From the NCBI GenBank assembly GCA_965216755.1, contig CBDCGL010000011.1, positions 320,001 through 384,000 of the forward strand: a stretch of 64,000 bases of DNA, given 5' to 3'. The stretch comes from Alphaproteobacteria bacterium. Its GTDB lineage: Bacteria; Pseudomonadota; Alphaproteobacteria; UBA7887. Under the pieces are notes generated by a model, which saw only the letters and a list, made by a program, of their open reading frames with translations, did no database searches and was not told the origin of the DNA. Every line of letters starts with the position of its first letter. The first letter of the stretch is position 1. The position numbers and the translations under genes were made by a program. Positions 9,835 to 21,907 of this stretch are shown here, in pieces.

Positions 9835-10689
9835 CTATGGCAACACTATCCCATTGCCACGGAAGTTATTGTTATAGTTGCCGCTGTTGTTGCCGATGTT
9901 GTACGTGCCGGCCTTTTGACCAAACGACGCAAAGTTGTGGTTGCCGTTATAGTTGCCTTGGTTGCCGACTCCGGCGATCCCACCAAGCTGAGCAAAGTTG
10001 TGGTTGCCGCTCATGTTACCGGTGTTGCGATTTCCGGCCGAGGCGTCCATGTTGCCGACCCCGTAGGGCGTGTATGCGTGTCCGGCAAACGCCGTGTTGT
10101 AATTGCCGTTGCCATTGCCGGTATTGTGGTTCCCGGCTTTCGCTGTGCCGCCACCGACCGGGACGCAGGGAGCGCACGGCTGCGGCTTCGGTTTGCCGCG
10201 GCCGCCTTGGCTGATGGCCGTATTGTAGTTGCCACTGTTGTTGCCGATATTGTGGTTACCGGCAAATGCGCCGCCGCCCGTGACGCCGTTCACAGACGCC
10301 AGTTCTGAGCCTGTTAGGCCCTGTGACCCCGGTGACCCCGGTGACCCCGGTGTGCCTGGAGCCGGAGGACGCGGAGGCAGCAGCCGGCCGCCGGACTGAG
10401 CCTGGTTGTAGTTGCCGTTGTTATTGCCAATGTTGTGGTTGCCGGCAGCCGCTGTGCCGCCGCCAATGCCTATCGGCCCACACGGCGAGCAAATGAGAAC
10501 GCCGCCGCTATCGGCATAGTTAAAATTGCCATTGTTGTTGCCAATGTTGTAATTGCCTGCGTTCGCACCGCCCTTGCTCACGCCGTTGCTGCCATTGGTG
10601 TTGAGTGACGGATCCGTCATCAACTGCGCCGACGCTGCGCTGGATAGCAGCAACGCGGCGAGACCAGAAATAACAAATGGAGCTTTCAT
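9835..10689 (-). CDS. Secreted Asn/Gly-rich repeat protein (284 aa), candidate beta-solenoid/functional amyloid
   Basis: GAGGGA RBS, signal peptide MKAPFVISGLAALLLSSAASA|Q, 7 imperfect AGNxNxGNxxGNxNxA repeats, own terminator. Confidence 0.85.
   Translation of the reverse strand: MKAPFVISGLAALLLSSAASAQLMTDPSLNTNGSNGVSKGGANAGNYNIGNNNGNFNYADSGGVLICSPCGPIGIGGGTAAAGNHNIGNNNGNYNQAQSGGRLLPPRPPAPGTPGSPGSPGSQGLTGSELASVNGVTGGGAFAGNHNIGNNSGNYNTAISQGGRGKPKPQPCAPCVPVGGGTAKAGNHNTGNGNGNYNTAFAGHAYTPYGVGNMDASAGNRNTGNMSGNHNFAQLGGIAGVGNQGNYNGNHNFASFGQKAGTYNIGNNSGNYNNNFRGNGIVLP
10323..10352. repeat. 9-bp tandem repeat (GTGACCCCG)x3 encoding a PGS linker
   Basis: gtgaccccg gtgaccccg gtgaccccg gtg seen directly. 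Confidence 0.85.
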
Positions 10690-11720
10690 TACCGTTCCCT
10701 CGGAGACTTTACGCGCCAATCGACCCCTAACAGTGACTCGAATCTGGCGTCCTGCCAATAGGATTGTGTAATAAAACTAAGGGGATCGGAAGCAAAGTGA
10801 CGAATAGGGCACAGTGTTTCATTATTGGAAATCATCTATTCGGGTGATGTTTGTTCTGGTACGCGTGTCGAAATATAACTTTAGTCTTCAGGTGCCGTGC
10901 GAATTGATTTTCAGTTTTGAAACAGCGCAGGTCCGCGATTCCGCGACGGACGTCGGCTCCTGAGCACAATTCGGCGCTGACAATCTCCACTATGGACGCG
11001 ACGCCAACGGTGAAAGATTCGTTGTGTTTCCGCATAAACGACAAGAGCGTGCTGCGGCCCTCGATTCGAGTCGAGGCAACTTGCGTCGCTACCATGCTCA
11101 AATCGCTGAGTCTGAACTTCGATCACCGAGCCCTTCCAGCATCGTTCGATGACGGAAATCCATGGGACGTGTAAGGTCATTCGAATAAAAATATCAATGC
11201 AACGAATAGATAACTATTTAGAGTATAAACCGATAACTTTGTCTTGCGCTTTCCAAGCGGACAGCCTTGAAATTTGCCAATCAGGGCGATTCGCGCCGCG
11301 ACTACTTGTCGGCCCCGACGCCCGGGAGTCAGGAACATTGAGACTGGTGTCGCCGTACTTGGGGTTCACACGGCGGCCTCGTCGGTGCCGCGAAAACGCT
11401 GCGAACGACGGACCGTAGCCACAAGGGGGAACACCCCGAACGCTTCGACGGAAGCGAGATTGGGGTGGGCAAATTCGCTGACAATGGCATTGATTCCGTC
11501 GCGTGCCGAGCGACCGGATTTGCACCGCCAAACTTTGTGGATTTCGCGTGGATTCATGGAAGCGAGCCGATCGGAAAGAGGAGGCCCGAAAAAAGTGGAG
11601 ATAAGGCGCGAATAAGATGCTGGTCGACAACAAGATTTGCGCCCATTTGAGATGAAAGGAACCGCACCGAAGATCTGTTACAAGACGTCGGCGACAACGA
11701 TCATCAAGAAAGGTGGCAAC

Positions 11721-12623
11721 ATGGCGGCTGATATCATCGACGGTAAGGCGTTCGCCGCCAAGATCCGGGACATGGCGGCCGACCATGTCGTGCGCCTCAA
11801 AACCGAACATGGCATTACACCCGGTCTGGCCGTGATACTTGTTGGCGATGACCCGGCGAGCCAAGTCTACGTTCGCAACAAGAACAAGCAGACGCTCGAG
11901 GTCGGGATGCGGTCCTTTGAGCACCGGCTCGACGCGTCGGCTCCGGAAGCGGAACTGCTGGACCTTGTCGCGCGTCTCAATCAAGACCCTGACGTACATG
12001 GAATACTCTGTCAGCTGCCACTGCCCGCGCATATCAACGCGTTTGCGGTGGTCAATGCGATCGCGCCGGAGAAGGACGTCGACGGCTTTCATATCGCGAA
12101 TGCCGGTCGTCTGTGGACGGGGCAAACGGCGATGGTGCCCTGTACGCCGCTCGGGTGTCTGTTGATGCTGCGCGATTATCACGGCTCTCTTTCCGGTATG
12201 AGCGCCGTGGTCGTAGGGCGTTCGAATATCGTTGGTAAACCGATGGCCAACCTTTTGCTGCGCGAAAGCTGTACCGTAACCATCGCGCATAGCCGCACCA
12301 GAAATATCGAAGACGTATGTCGTCGGGCCGAAATCGTCGTCGCCGCCGTCGGGCGACCACAGATGATCACCGGCGATTGGCTGGCCGAGGGTGCAACCGT
12401 TATCGATGTCGGCGTCAACCGCCTTCCGGCGCCCGAAAAAGGCGAGGGCAAGCACAAACTGGTCGGCGATGTGCATTTTCAAAGCGCGGTCGCCAAGGCC
12501 CGTGCGATTACGCCGGTGCCTGGTGGCGTTGGGCCGGTGACGGTCGCCATGCTGATGGCCAACACGGTCACAGCATGCTGCCGTGCGAACAGCCTCGACG
12601 AGCCCGAAGATCTGGCGCTCTAA
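11721..12623 (+). CDS. folD: Bifunctional methylenetetrahydrofolate dehydrogenase/cyclohydrolase
   Basis: [44 protein letters not shown]. Confidence 0.97.
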   Translation: MAADIIDGKAFAAKIRDMAADHVVRLKTEHGITPGLAVILVGDDPASQVYVRNKNKQTLEVGMRSFEHRLDASAPEAELLDLVARLNQDPDVHGILCQLPLPAHINAFAVVNAIAPEKDVDGFHIANAGRLWTGQTAMVPCTPLGCLLMLRDYHGSLSGMSAVVVGRSNIVGKPMANLLLRESCTVTIAHSRTRNIEDVCRRAEIVVAAVGRPQMITGDWLAEGATVIDVGVNRLPAPEKGEGKHKLVGDVHFQSAVAKARAITPVPGGVGPVTVAMLMANTVTACCRANSLDEPEDLAL

Positions 12624-12636
12624 GTCATCCAATGCG

Positions 12637-12710
12637 TGGAGGCCGGGACCGGAATCGAACCGATGTACGCGGATTTGCAGTCCGCTGCATAACCACTCTG
12701 CCACCCGGCC
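12637..12710 (-). tRNA. tRNA-Cys(GCA)
   Basis: GGCCGGGTGGCAGAGTGGTTATGCAGCGGACTGCAAATCCGCGTACATCGGTTCGATTCCGGTCCCGGCCTCCA; cloverleaf, GCA anticodon, encoded CCA. Confidence 0.98.
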
Positions 12711-12768
12711 ATCCTCTGTTGCCGCGCCTGTCGTCGGCGCTGCAGTGGCACGCGGGCCAAGCGCCGCT

Positions 12769-12796
12769 GATATAGGACTCGCCCCAAAGGGTCAAG
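12769..12796 (-). promoter_or_regulatory. Putative housekeeping sigma70 promoter of tRNA-Cys
   Basis: CTTGAC...CCTATATC on the minus strand, about 60 nt upstream of the tRNA; resembles the alphaproteobacterial RpoD consensus. Confidence 0.55.
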
Positions 12797-12948
12797 CGAC
12801 ACGCCGCGAGGCCAGTGCCGCCGTTGTTTCGCCGTTCCCCAAATACTATAACAGGGGAGACCGACCAATTCCGCGTGTCCGGTGTGCCACGCCGACCCGG
12901 CGCCGCACCGTGAACACGGCGGTTCGCCAATTTGTGGACCAACGAGAC

Positions 12949-13605
12949 ATGCCCAATTTTGACACGATGCGAGCGCATATGGTGGTCAGCCAGCTGCGTC
13001 CGAATAAGGTGACTGATTCGCAAATCCTGGAGATTTTCGGGAGTCTACCTCGCGAGCATTTTGTGATTAGCGCGAAGCGTGGCGTGGCGTATGTCGACGA
13101 GGACCTGGAAATCGGTCCAAATCGGTACCTTATGGAACCAATCGTCCTTGCTCGCCTGATTCAAGCGGCGGCAGTTACGCCGGCCGATGTGGCGCTGGAT
13201 ATCGCGTGTGGAACTGGATATGCGACGGCGATTTTGGGGCATTTGGCCGATACAGTTTTCGGTTTGGAGGACGACCCCGAATTGGCAAAGCAGGCGACCG
13301 AGAACTTGCGCAAGCTGGGCGTCGACAATGCCGTCGTCGTCGAGGCACCGGTCGCGCGTGGTTATCCCGATCAGGCGCCTTTCGACGTCATTTTGTTGGG
13401 CGGTTCGGTGCCCGCGGTGCCCAAGGAACTCGTCAATCAGTTGGCCGAGGGTGGGCGCCTTATTGCGGTTGTTCAGTCCCAGCCCGGCATGGGCGAGGCG
13501 ATTCTGATACAACGATCAAGTGGTGTCGTCGGATCGCGGGTTTTGTTCGATGCCGCCATACCGCCGCTTCCAGGTTTCGCGGTTGCGCCGAGTTTCGTAT
13601 TTTGA
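12949..13605 (+). CDS. pcm: Protein-L-isoaspartate O-methyltransferase family (tolC-linked paralog)
   Basis: MVVSQLRPNKV, PREHF, AYVDEDL, LDIACGTGY, QLAEGGRL; conserved position before tolC. Confidence 0.9.
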   Translation: MPNFDTMRAHMVVSQLRPNKVTDSQILEIFGSLPREHFVISAKRGVAYVDEDLEIGPNRYLMEPIVLARLIQAAAVTPADVALDIACGTGYATAILGHLADTVFGLEDDPELAKQATENLRKLGVDNAVVVEAPVARGYPDQAPFDVILLGGSVPAVPKELVNQLAEGGRLIAVVQSQPGMGEAILIQRSSGVVGSRVLFDAAIPPLPGFAVAPSFVF

Positions 13606-13738
13606 CAGGGTCATAAACAGTTCTACAGGCTTGATTCTTATGGATTTATTTGTAAGGGCTCGCGCTGTGGCCCAGTTCGGGCCATTATGGCGCAATTGGT
13701 CGCAACCTATTGAGGATAATGGACGTTTGGTCGAGAAC

Positions 13739-15175
13739 ATGGCGACACGCGAAGGCACGCTGCGGCGCACGATGTTAGCGCACGCATCTTTTGCCGCGAT
13801 TGTTGGGTTGCTCGTATGCGCGGTCACCCCAGCGGCGGCGCAGGAATTGCGCGAGGCGCTTGCGCAAGCCTACAACACCAACCCGGGCTTGCTGGCCGAG
13901 CGGTCGCGACTGCGTGCGACCGACGAGGGCGTTCCCACCGCGCTATCGGGATGGCGGCCAACAGTAACCGTCAACGGCGATGTTGGCGCCTCTCGCGTCA
14001 CCAGCGAACCGCAATCGGGCGGCAACAGCACGACAAGTTCGTTGACTCCATCGACCATAGGTCTGCAAGTCACCCAGCCAATCTATCGCGGCGGCGCCAC
14101 CGTCGCTGGCGTTCGCCAAGCCGAGGCGTTGGTGGAGGCTGGGCGCGCCGGTCTGTTGTCGGTTGAACAGGACGTACTCGGCAACGCCGCCGTTGCTTAT
14201 CTGGATGTTGTGCGCGATCAGTCGGTGGTCGAGCTGAATGTCAACAATGAGCAAGTCCTTGAGCGTCAACTGGAAGCCGCGCGCGACCGCTTCGAAGTTG
14301 GCGAGGTGACGCGAACCGACGTGTCCCAAGCCGAGGCGCGGCTCTCCGACGCCCAAGCATCGCGCGTTGAAGCGGAAGGCCAGCTGGAAACAGCGCGGGC
14401 CACTTACGTTGCCGTTATCGGCGCGCCGCCGGGAACCTTGTCGTTTAGCCCTCCAGAAGACCGCGCCGTATTGCCGACCTCCCGTGACGAAACTCTGTCT
14501 CTCGCCTTGGAACGGAATCCAGATCTGTCTCGGGCCATGTTCCAGGAACAAGCCGCCTTGCATGAAATTAGCGGCGCCGGGGCGCGTCTATTGCCGCAGG
14601 TCTCTTTGAACGGGCGGCTACAACGCGCCTGGGAACCGAACACGTTTTTTTCCCGTCAGGACCAGGCATCGATTACGGCGGACGTTACGGTTCCGCTCTA
14701 TCAGTCCGGCGAGGAATACGCGCGGGTCCGTCAGTTGCGTCAGACGGCCGCTCAACGACGCAACGAACTGGACCAGATTAATCGAACGGTGCGCGAAAAC
14801 GCGGAAAGCGCATGGGAACAGCTGGTCGCGGCGCGCGCGCGAATTCGCGCATTCGAGGCGTCTGAGGAAGCGAATCGAATTGCTTTGGAAGGTGTCGAGC
14901 AGGAGGCTGCGGTCGGTGCGCGAACTGTGCTGGACGTTTTGGATGCGGAACAAGAGCTGTTCAACGCACGCGTCAATTTGGTTCGGGCGCGGCGTGATGA
15001 ATTGGTTGCGTCTGTGCGGGTCTTACAGGTCGTCGGTGGCATGACGGCCGAGAGATTGAATTTGCCGGTCACCCTATATGACCCGATGTCACACTATTCG
15101 GAAGTTCGAGACAAATGGATCGGTTTCGGCGATGACTATGATGGTGGCGCCATTTTCGACTTTGGTTGGGATTGA
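13739..15175 (+). CDS. tolC: TolC-family outer membrane protein
   Basis: Signal peptide, ALAQAYNTNP, RFEVGEVTRTDVSQAEARL, VGARTVLDVLDAEQE; start approximate. Confidence 0.93.
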   Translation: MATREGTLRRTMLAHASFAAIVGLLVCAVTPAAAQELREALAQAYNTNPGLLAERSRLRATDEGVPTALSGWRPTVTVNGDVGASRVTSEPQSGGNSTTSSLTPSTIGLQVTQPIYRGGATVAGVRQAEALVEAGRAGLLSVEQDVLGNAAVAYLDVVRDQSVVELNVNNEQVLERQLEAARDRFEVGEVTRTDVSQAEARLSDAQASRVEAEGQLETARATYVAVIGAPPGTLSFSPPEDRAVLPTSRDETLSLALERNPDLSRAMFQEQAALHEISGAGARLLPQVSLNGRLQRAWEPNTFFSRQDQASITADVTVPLYQSGEEYARVRQLRQTAAQRRNELDQINRTVRENAESAWEQLVAARARIRAFEASEEANRIALEGVEQEAAVGARTVLDVLDAEQELFNARVNLVRARRDELVASVRVLQVVGGMTAERLNLPVTLYDPMSHYSEVRDKWIGFGDDYDGGAIFDFGWD

Positions 15176-15271
15176 GCGTTTTTGTTGAGGCCATCCTTTG
15201 GTCACCGAATGAATCACCAGGATAATTTTTGCGTGGGGTGGTAGAAAAGCCCCCGAAACGTGTGCCACACC

Positions 15272-15300
15272 TTGCATTAATCGAACTTCAAGCGTAGCTT
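15272..15300 (+). promoter_or_regulatory. Putative sigma70 promoter of popZ overlapping an imperfect CtrA-like site
   Basis: TTGCAT-N17-TAGCTT; TTAA-N7-TCAA at 15277-15291. Confidence 0.4.
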
Positions 15301-15331
15301 CCGTTCTCGATCGGGGAATGAGAAATTCGCG

Positions 15332-15973
15332 ATGAGCGAAGCAGAAGCACAAGCAGAAGCACAAGCAGACGGGCAAGAGCAAGAGCCGTCGATGGAGGAG
15401 ATCTTGTCCTCCATACGGCGTATCATCTCGAGTGACGGCGAGGAAGAGGGCGAGGCGCCGGCCGAGCCGCCTGCGCCCGAGATGCCTGCCGAAGGCGAGG
15501 CACTTGGTCAAGATTCGATCGACGCCTTGTTTGACGAGCCGGCTGCGGTTGAGCCCGAACCCGAACCAGAAGATGACGATGTTCTGGAGCTGACGGAAGT
15601 CGTCGAGGAAGCGGCGCCAGAACCCGAACCGGAGCCAGAACCCGAACCGAAGCCAGAGCCAGAGCCGGAGCCGGAACCTGCGCCAGAGCCGGAACCTGCG
15701 CCGGAACCGACGCCAGAGCCGGAACTCGAAGCTGAGGAACTGGTTTCTGCGGATACAGAGGCCGCATCCGTCGCCTCATTCTCGTCCCTCAATGACGCGG
15801 TCAAGACGGGAGATTCACCGTTTTTCGTCGGTGGGCGTACGGTTGAACAACTGGCGGCGGAATTGCTGCGACCAATTTTGCGCGAATGGCTCGATCAAAA
15901 CCTGCCAGGGATGGTAGAACGGCTGGTACGGGCCGAGATCAAGCGGCTCGCCGAGGAATCGCGCCGCAATTAG
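15332..15973 (+). CDS. popZ: Pole-organizing protein PopZ (DUF2497)
   Basis: [16 protein letters not shown]-helix, Pro/Glu-rich disordered region, [27 protein letters not shown]-terminus; tolC-popZ-valS synteny. Confidence 0.95.
   Translation: MSEAEAQAEAQADGQEQEPSMEEILSSIRRIISSDGEEEGEAPAEPPAPEMPAEGEALGQDSIDALFDEPAAVEPEPEPEDDDVLELTEVVEEAAPEPEPEPEPEPKPEPEPEPEPAPEPEPAPEPTPEPELEAEELVSADTEAASVASFSSLNDAVKTGDSPFFVGGRTVEQLAAELLRPILREWLDQNLPGMVERLVRAEIKRLAEESRRN
15615..15728. repeat. Low-complexity (Pro-Glu)n coding repeat in PopZ
   Basis: Repeated ccagaacccgaaccggag / ccggaacctgcg units. Confidence 0.8.
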
Positions 15974-16017
15974 GGTTTGGGCCGTACCGTAGGGCGGTAC
16001 CAAAGTTCCGTTTCGCC

Positions 16018-18666
<2,649 letters not shown>

Positions 18667-18671
18667 TCGGA

Positions 18672-19091
18672 TCAGTTGGGACCGCCGGCTGGCAGGCCCA
18701 GCCAGCTTTCACTCGGCATCAATATGCGGCTCTTAACCGTGCCTTCGATGGCGTCGGGCACGTCGCCCCACTCGTCCCACCGTTCGTTCTGTAAGAAAAA
18801 GTAGCTGCATTCATAACCGAAGCGGCGTTGGCATTGCGCAACTGTGCCGGCAACGGTGTCGTGCCAGCATGGGGTGCATGTTGCCTCGTCCCAATCATAG
18901 CAGGTGGGAAACTCCTGCGGCCGGCCGTCTCGACCGGGAAGGCGGCCACACTCTTGATAGTTGTAGCCGAGTTCTTGAACGCACAGAACCTGGGCCCGGG
19001 GGCAGGTCATGTGGCGGTCGCCATCGGCCTGTGCCGGATGACAAAATGAGAGCGCCCCGAACGCAGCAGCTATAGTTAAGCGTATGAGCAT
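18672..19091 (-). CDS. Secreted cysteine-rich hypothetical protein (139 aa)
   Basis: Signal peptide (PAQA|D), 8 Cys in the mature region; fills the valS-ilvD gap. Confidence 0.7.
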   Translation of the reverse strand: MLIRLTIAAAFGALSFCHPAQADGDRHMTCPRAQVLCVQELGYNYQECGRLPGRDGRPQEFPTCYDWDEATCTPCWHDTVAGTVAQCQRRFGYECSYFFLQNERWDEWGDVPDAIEGTVKSRILMPSESWLGLPAGGPN

Positions 19092-19238
19092 CGTGACAAA
19101 TAATGTTGAGCCGATGCAGGCACGCGGCAAGTGCGGCAGGGTCGCTATACCTATTACGCGCTAGGGAAAGTGGCCCAGAGATCGCTATGCTCGCCAACCG
19201 CGCAAACAACGCGTTGCACGCACTAAAGGATCGGAGAC

Positions 19239-20957
19239 ATGAGAAAATTCGACAAGAGCCGCCTGCCCAGCCGACACGCCACCGAGGGGCCGGAGCGGGC
19301 GCCGCATCGCGCCTTTTATTACGCTATGGGTTTGTCCGAGTCGGATATCCATCAACCGTTCGTCGGCGTCGCGACCACTTGGAACGAAGCTGCGCCGTGT
19401 AACATTACCCTGCGGCGTCAGGCACAAGCCGTAAAGCTTGGTGTCGCCGCGGCGGGCGGGACGCCTCGTGAGTTCACGACCATCACGGTCACCGATGGCA
19501 TCGCCATGGGGCACCAGGGGATGAAGGCATCGCTGGCCAGTCGCGAGGCCATCGCCGATACGGTGGCGCTGACAGTACGCGGTCACGCCTATGACGGATT
19601 GGTCGGCCTAGCCGGTTGCGACAAGTCGCTGCCGGGGATGATGATGGCGATGTTGCGGCTCAATATCCCGTCCGTATTCATGTACGGCGGGTCAATTTTG
19701 CCGGGGCGTTTTCATGGTCGTGATGTGACCGTCCAAGATGTTTTCGAAGCGGTCGGTCAGCACTCTGCGGGAAACCTGCCGGATTCTGAGCTGCTGGCTT
19801 TGGAAAAGGTCGCGTGCCCGTCGGGCGGCGCGTGCGGCGGGCAATTCACGGCCAACACAATGGCGTGTGTCTCTGAAGCGATCGGCCTTGCGTTGCCGTG
19901 TTCGGCGATGGCCCCGGCGCCCTACGAGAACCGCGATGAGTACGCCGAGGCCGCTGGGCGCATGGTGATGGAGATGATTGCCAACAACCTGCGGCCGCGC
20001 GACATCGTCACCCGCAAGTCTCTGGAAAATGCCGCGACCGTGGTTGCCGCGTCCGGCGGTTCCACAAATGCCGGCTTGCATTTGCCCGCCATGGCCAATG
20101 AGGCGGGTATCGAGTTCTCGCTGTTCGACGTCGCTGAGATATTCAAGCGCACACCGTATATCGCAGACTTAAAACCCGGTGGCCGCTACGTGGCCAAAGA
20201 CCTGTATGAAGCCGGCGGTGTGCCGGTGATGATGAAAGCGCTTCTGGAAGGCGGGTTTCTGCACGGGGATTGCCTGGCCGTAAACGGCAAGACAATTGCC
20301 GAAAACCTGGCGGAAGTGACCTTTCCCGATGGGCAGGACGTGATCAGGCCGATCACCAACCCGATTACGCCGACCGGAGGAGTCGTCGGCCTGCGTGGCA
20401 ATGTGGCTCCGGACGGCGCGATCGTAAAGGTCGCGGGCATGGGGCGTCTGCAGCATCGCGGCCCGGCGCGCGTTTTTGATTGTGAGGAGGACGCTTTCGC
20501 GGCCGTGGAACGACGCGAATTTAAGGATAACGATGTCATCGTCATTCGTTACGAGGGACCGCGTGGCGGCCCCGGCATGCGCGAGATGTTGTCAACCACG
20601 GCGGCGCTCTATGGCCAAGGCATGGGCGAAAAGGTCGCACTGATCACCGATGGCCGCTTTTCCGGGGCGACACGCGGTTTCTGCATCGGGCATGTTGGAC
20701 CCGAGGCGGCGGTCGGTGGTCCCATCGGCCTGTTGCGCGATGGCGACATCATTGTGATTGACGCAGAGGCGGGTACGCTCGACGTCGAGCTATCCGACGA
20801 AGAGCTCGCCGAACGCAAGAAGGCATGGCAACCGCGCGACACGGAATTTACTTCGGGCGAAATCTGGAAGTATGCGCAACTTGTCGGCCCCGCGGTTTCC
20901 GGTGCCTGTACGCATCCCGGTGGTGCCGCCGAAACGAAGTGCTACGCCGATATATAG
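19239..20957 (+). CDS. ilvD: Dihydroxy-acid dehydratase
   Basis: [48 protein letters not shown]. Confidence 0.97.
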   Translation: MRKFDKSRLPSRHATEGPERAPHRAFYYAMGLSESDIHQPFVGVATTWNEAAPCNITLRRQAQAVKLGVAAAGGTPREFTTITVTDGIAMGHQGMKASLASREAIADTVALTVRGHAYDGLVGLAGCDKSLPGMMMAMLRLNIPSVFMYGGSILPGRFHGRDVTVQDVFEAVGQHSAGNLPDSELLALEKVACPSGGACGGQFTANTMACVSEAIGLALPCSAMAPAPYENRDEYAEAAGRMVMEMIANNLRPRDIVTRKSLENAATVVAASGGSTNAGLHLPAMANEAGIEFSLFDVAEIFKRTPYIADLKPGGRYVAKDLYEAGGVPVMMKALLEGGFLHGDCLAVNGKTIAENLAEVTFPDGQDVIRPITNPITPTGGVVGLRGNVAPDGAIVKVAGMGRLQHRGPARVFDCEEDAFAAVERREFKDNDVIVIRYEGPRGGPGMREMLSTTAALYGQGMGEKVALITDGRFSGATRGFCIGHVGPEAAVGGPIGLLRDGDIIVIDAEAGTLDVELSDEELAERKKAWQPRDTEFTSGEIWKYAQLVGPAVSGACTHPGGAAETKCYADI

Positions 20958-21199
20958 GGCGCTTGCGTCGGGCGCGGCAGTAAGCGTGATGGCGCCAATA
21001 CCGGCGCTGTCGCGTGCCTGCGCTGTCCGATGTCCATAACGGCCCTATCGGACATTGCTCTAAAGAAGTCACACCATTAGAATTCAAACCACCTAGACTG
21101 TTTGTCTAACTTATCATATTCAAACGGAAAAGTTGGCGGGGCGCGCGTTTTCGGGGCGATCCGATCCGGTATGTCTCCTGCAACCTTATTGGGATTACC

Positions 21200-21772
21200 A
21201 TGACGAAAAATTGCATGCGGTGGTTTCTGAGTCTGATCTTGTTGGGCGGACTTGCCGCCTGTACTTCGCCCGAAGGTTCAACACCACAAGACAAGCGCAA
21301 CGCGGTTGCCAAAATGCGGACGGATACACTTGCAAAACTTTATGAGGTGCAGCCGCAGGCGCGCGATCAAATTGGTCAAGCGGTCGGCTATGGCGTGTTC
21401 AGCAATGTCGGCATCAATCTTATATTTTTGTCGGCTGGCAACGGCTACGGCATCGTCAGAAATAACCAGTCCGGCGCGGAGACTTACATGAAAATGCTGT
21501 CTGGCGGTCTTGGCGTTGGGCTTGGAGTCAAGGATTTCCGTGGCGTCTTCGTGTTCACCGAGAAGGACGCAATGGATCAGTTTGTTGACAGCGGCTGGGA
21601 TGCCAGTGCGCAGGCGGATGCCGCCGCCAAGGCGGGTGAAAAAGGCGGTGCGTGGGCCGGTGCGGTCGACGTTGCACCGGGGATTAAACTTTATCAGATC
21701 ACGGAAGCCGGGTTGGCTTTGCAAGCGACAATACAAGGCACCAAGTATTGGCGCGACGACGAGCTGAACTGA
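21200..21772 (+). CDS. Lipoprotein, YSC84/SYLF-related lipid-binding domain
   Basis: Lipobox LAAC, GYGVFSN, GLGVGLGVKDFR, GLALQATIQGTKYW. Confidence 0.8.
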   Translation: MTKNCMRWFLSLILLGGLAACTSPEGSTPQDKRNAVAKMRTDTLAKLYEVQPQARDQIGQAVGYGVFSNVGINLIFLSAGNGYGIVRNNQSGAETYMKMLSGGLGVGLGVKDFRGVFVFTEKDAMDQFVDSGWDASAQADAAAKAGEKGGAWAGAVDVAPGIKLYQITEAGLALQATIQGTKYWRDDELN

Positions 21773-21907
21773 CAAAGTCTAGTCTTTTGATGCGCGATTT
21801 CGACGCCTTTGCATGCCTGGATGAAATCGCCATGGGATCTCCCATATAGAAGTGCCGACCGTGGCAAAGTGAGACGGTCGGCGCTGTCGCCCGGGAGATT
21901 CTTGGCC

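Noticed and set aside
11570-11700. Glycine, ZTP or c-di-GMP riboswitch before folD
   Set aside because: Only isolated fragments are present (CACCGAAG here; GACTGG and GGGCAAA further upstream); the remaining conserved elements are missing.
12637-12660. tRNA-Cys 3' end as an island attachment site
   Set aside because: I saw no duplicated tRNA 3' end and no integrase in the window, and folD lies directly next to the tRNA.
11214-12704. 496-aa minus-strand ORF
   Set aside because: Antisense shadow of folD; its N-terminus (MAEWLCSGLQIR...) is just the translated tRNA-Cys.
12949-13605. Two pcm genes as a recent duplication
   Set aside because: The tolC-linked and surE-linked paralogs are divergent, and both are usual in Alphaproteobacteria.
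15339-15728. Tandem DNA repeats as a possible CRISPR array or VNTR system
   Set aside because: They are in-frame EAQA and PE repeats of the disordered PopZ regions, with no spacers and no cas genes.
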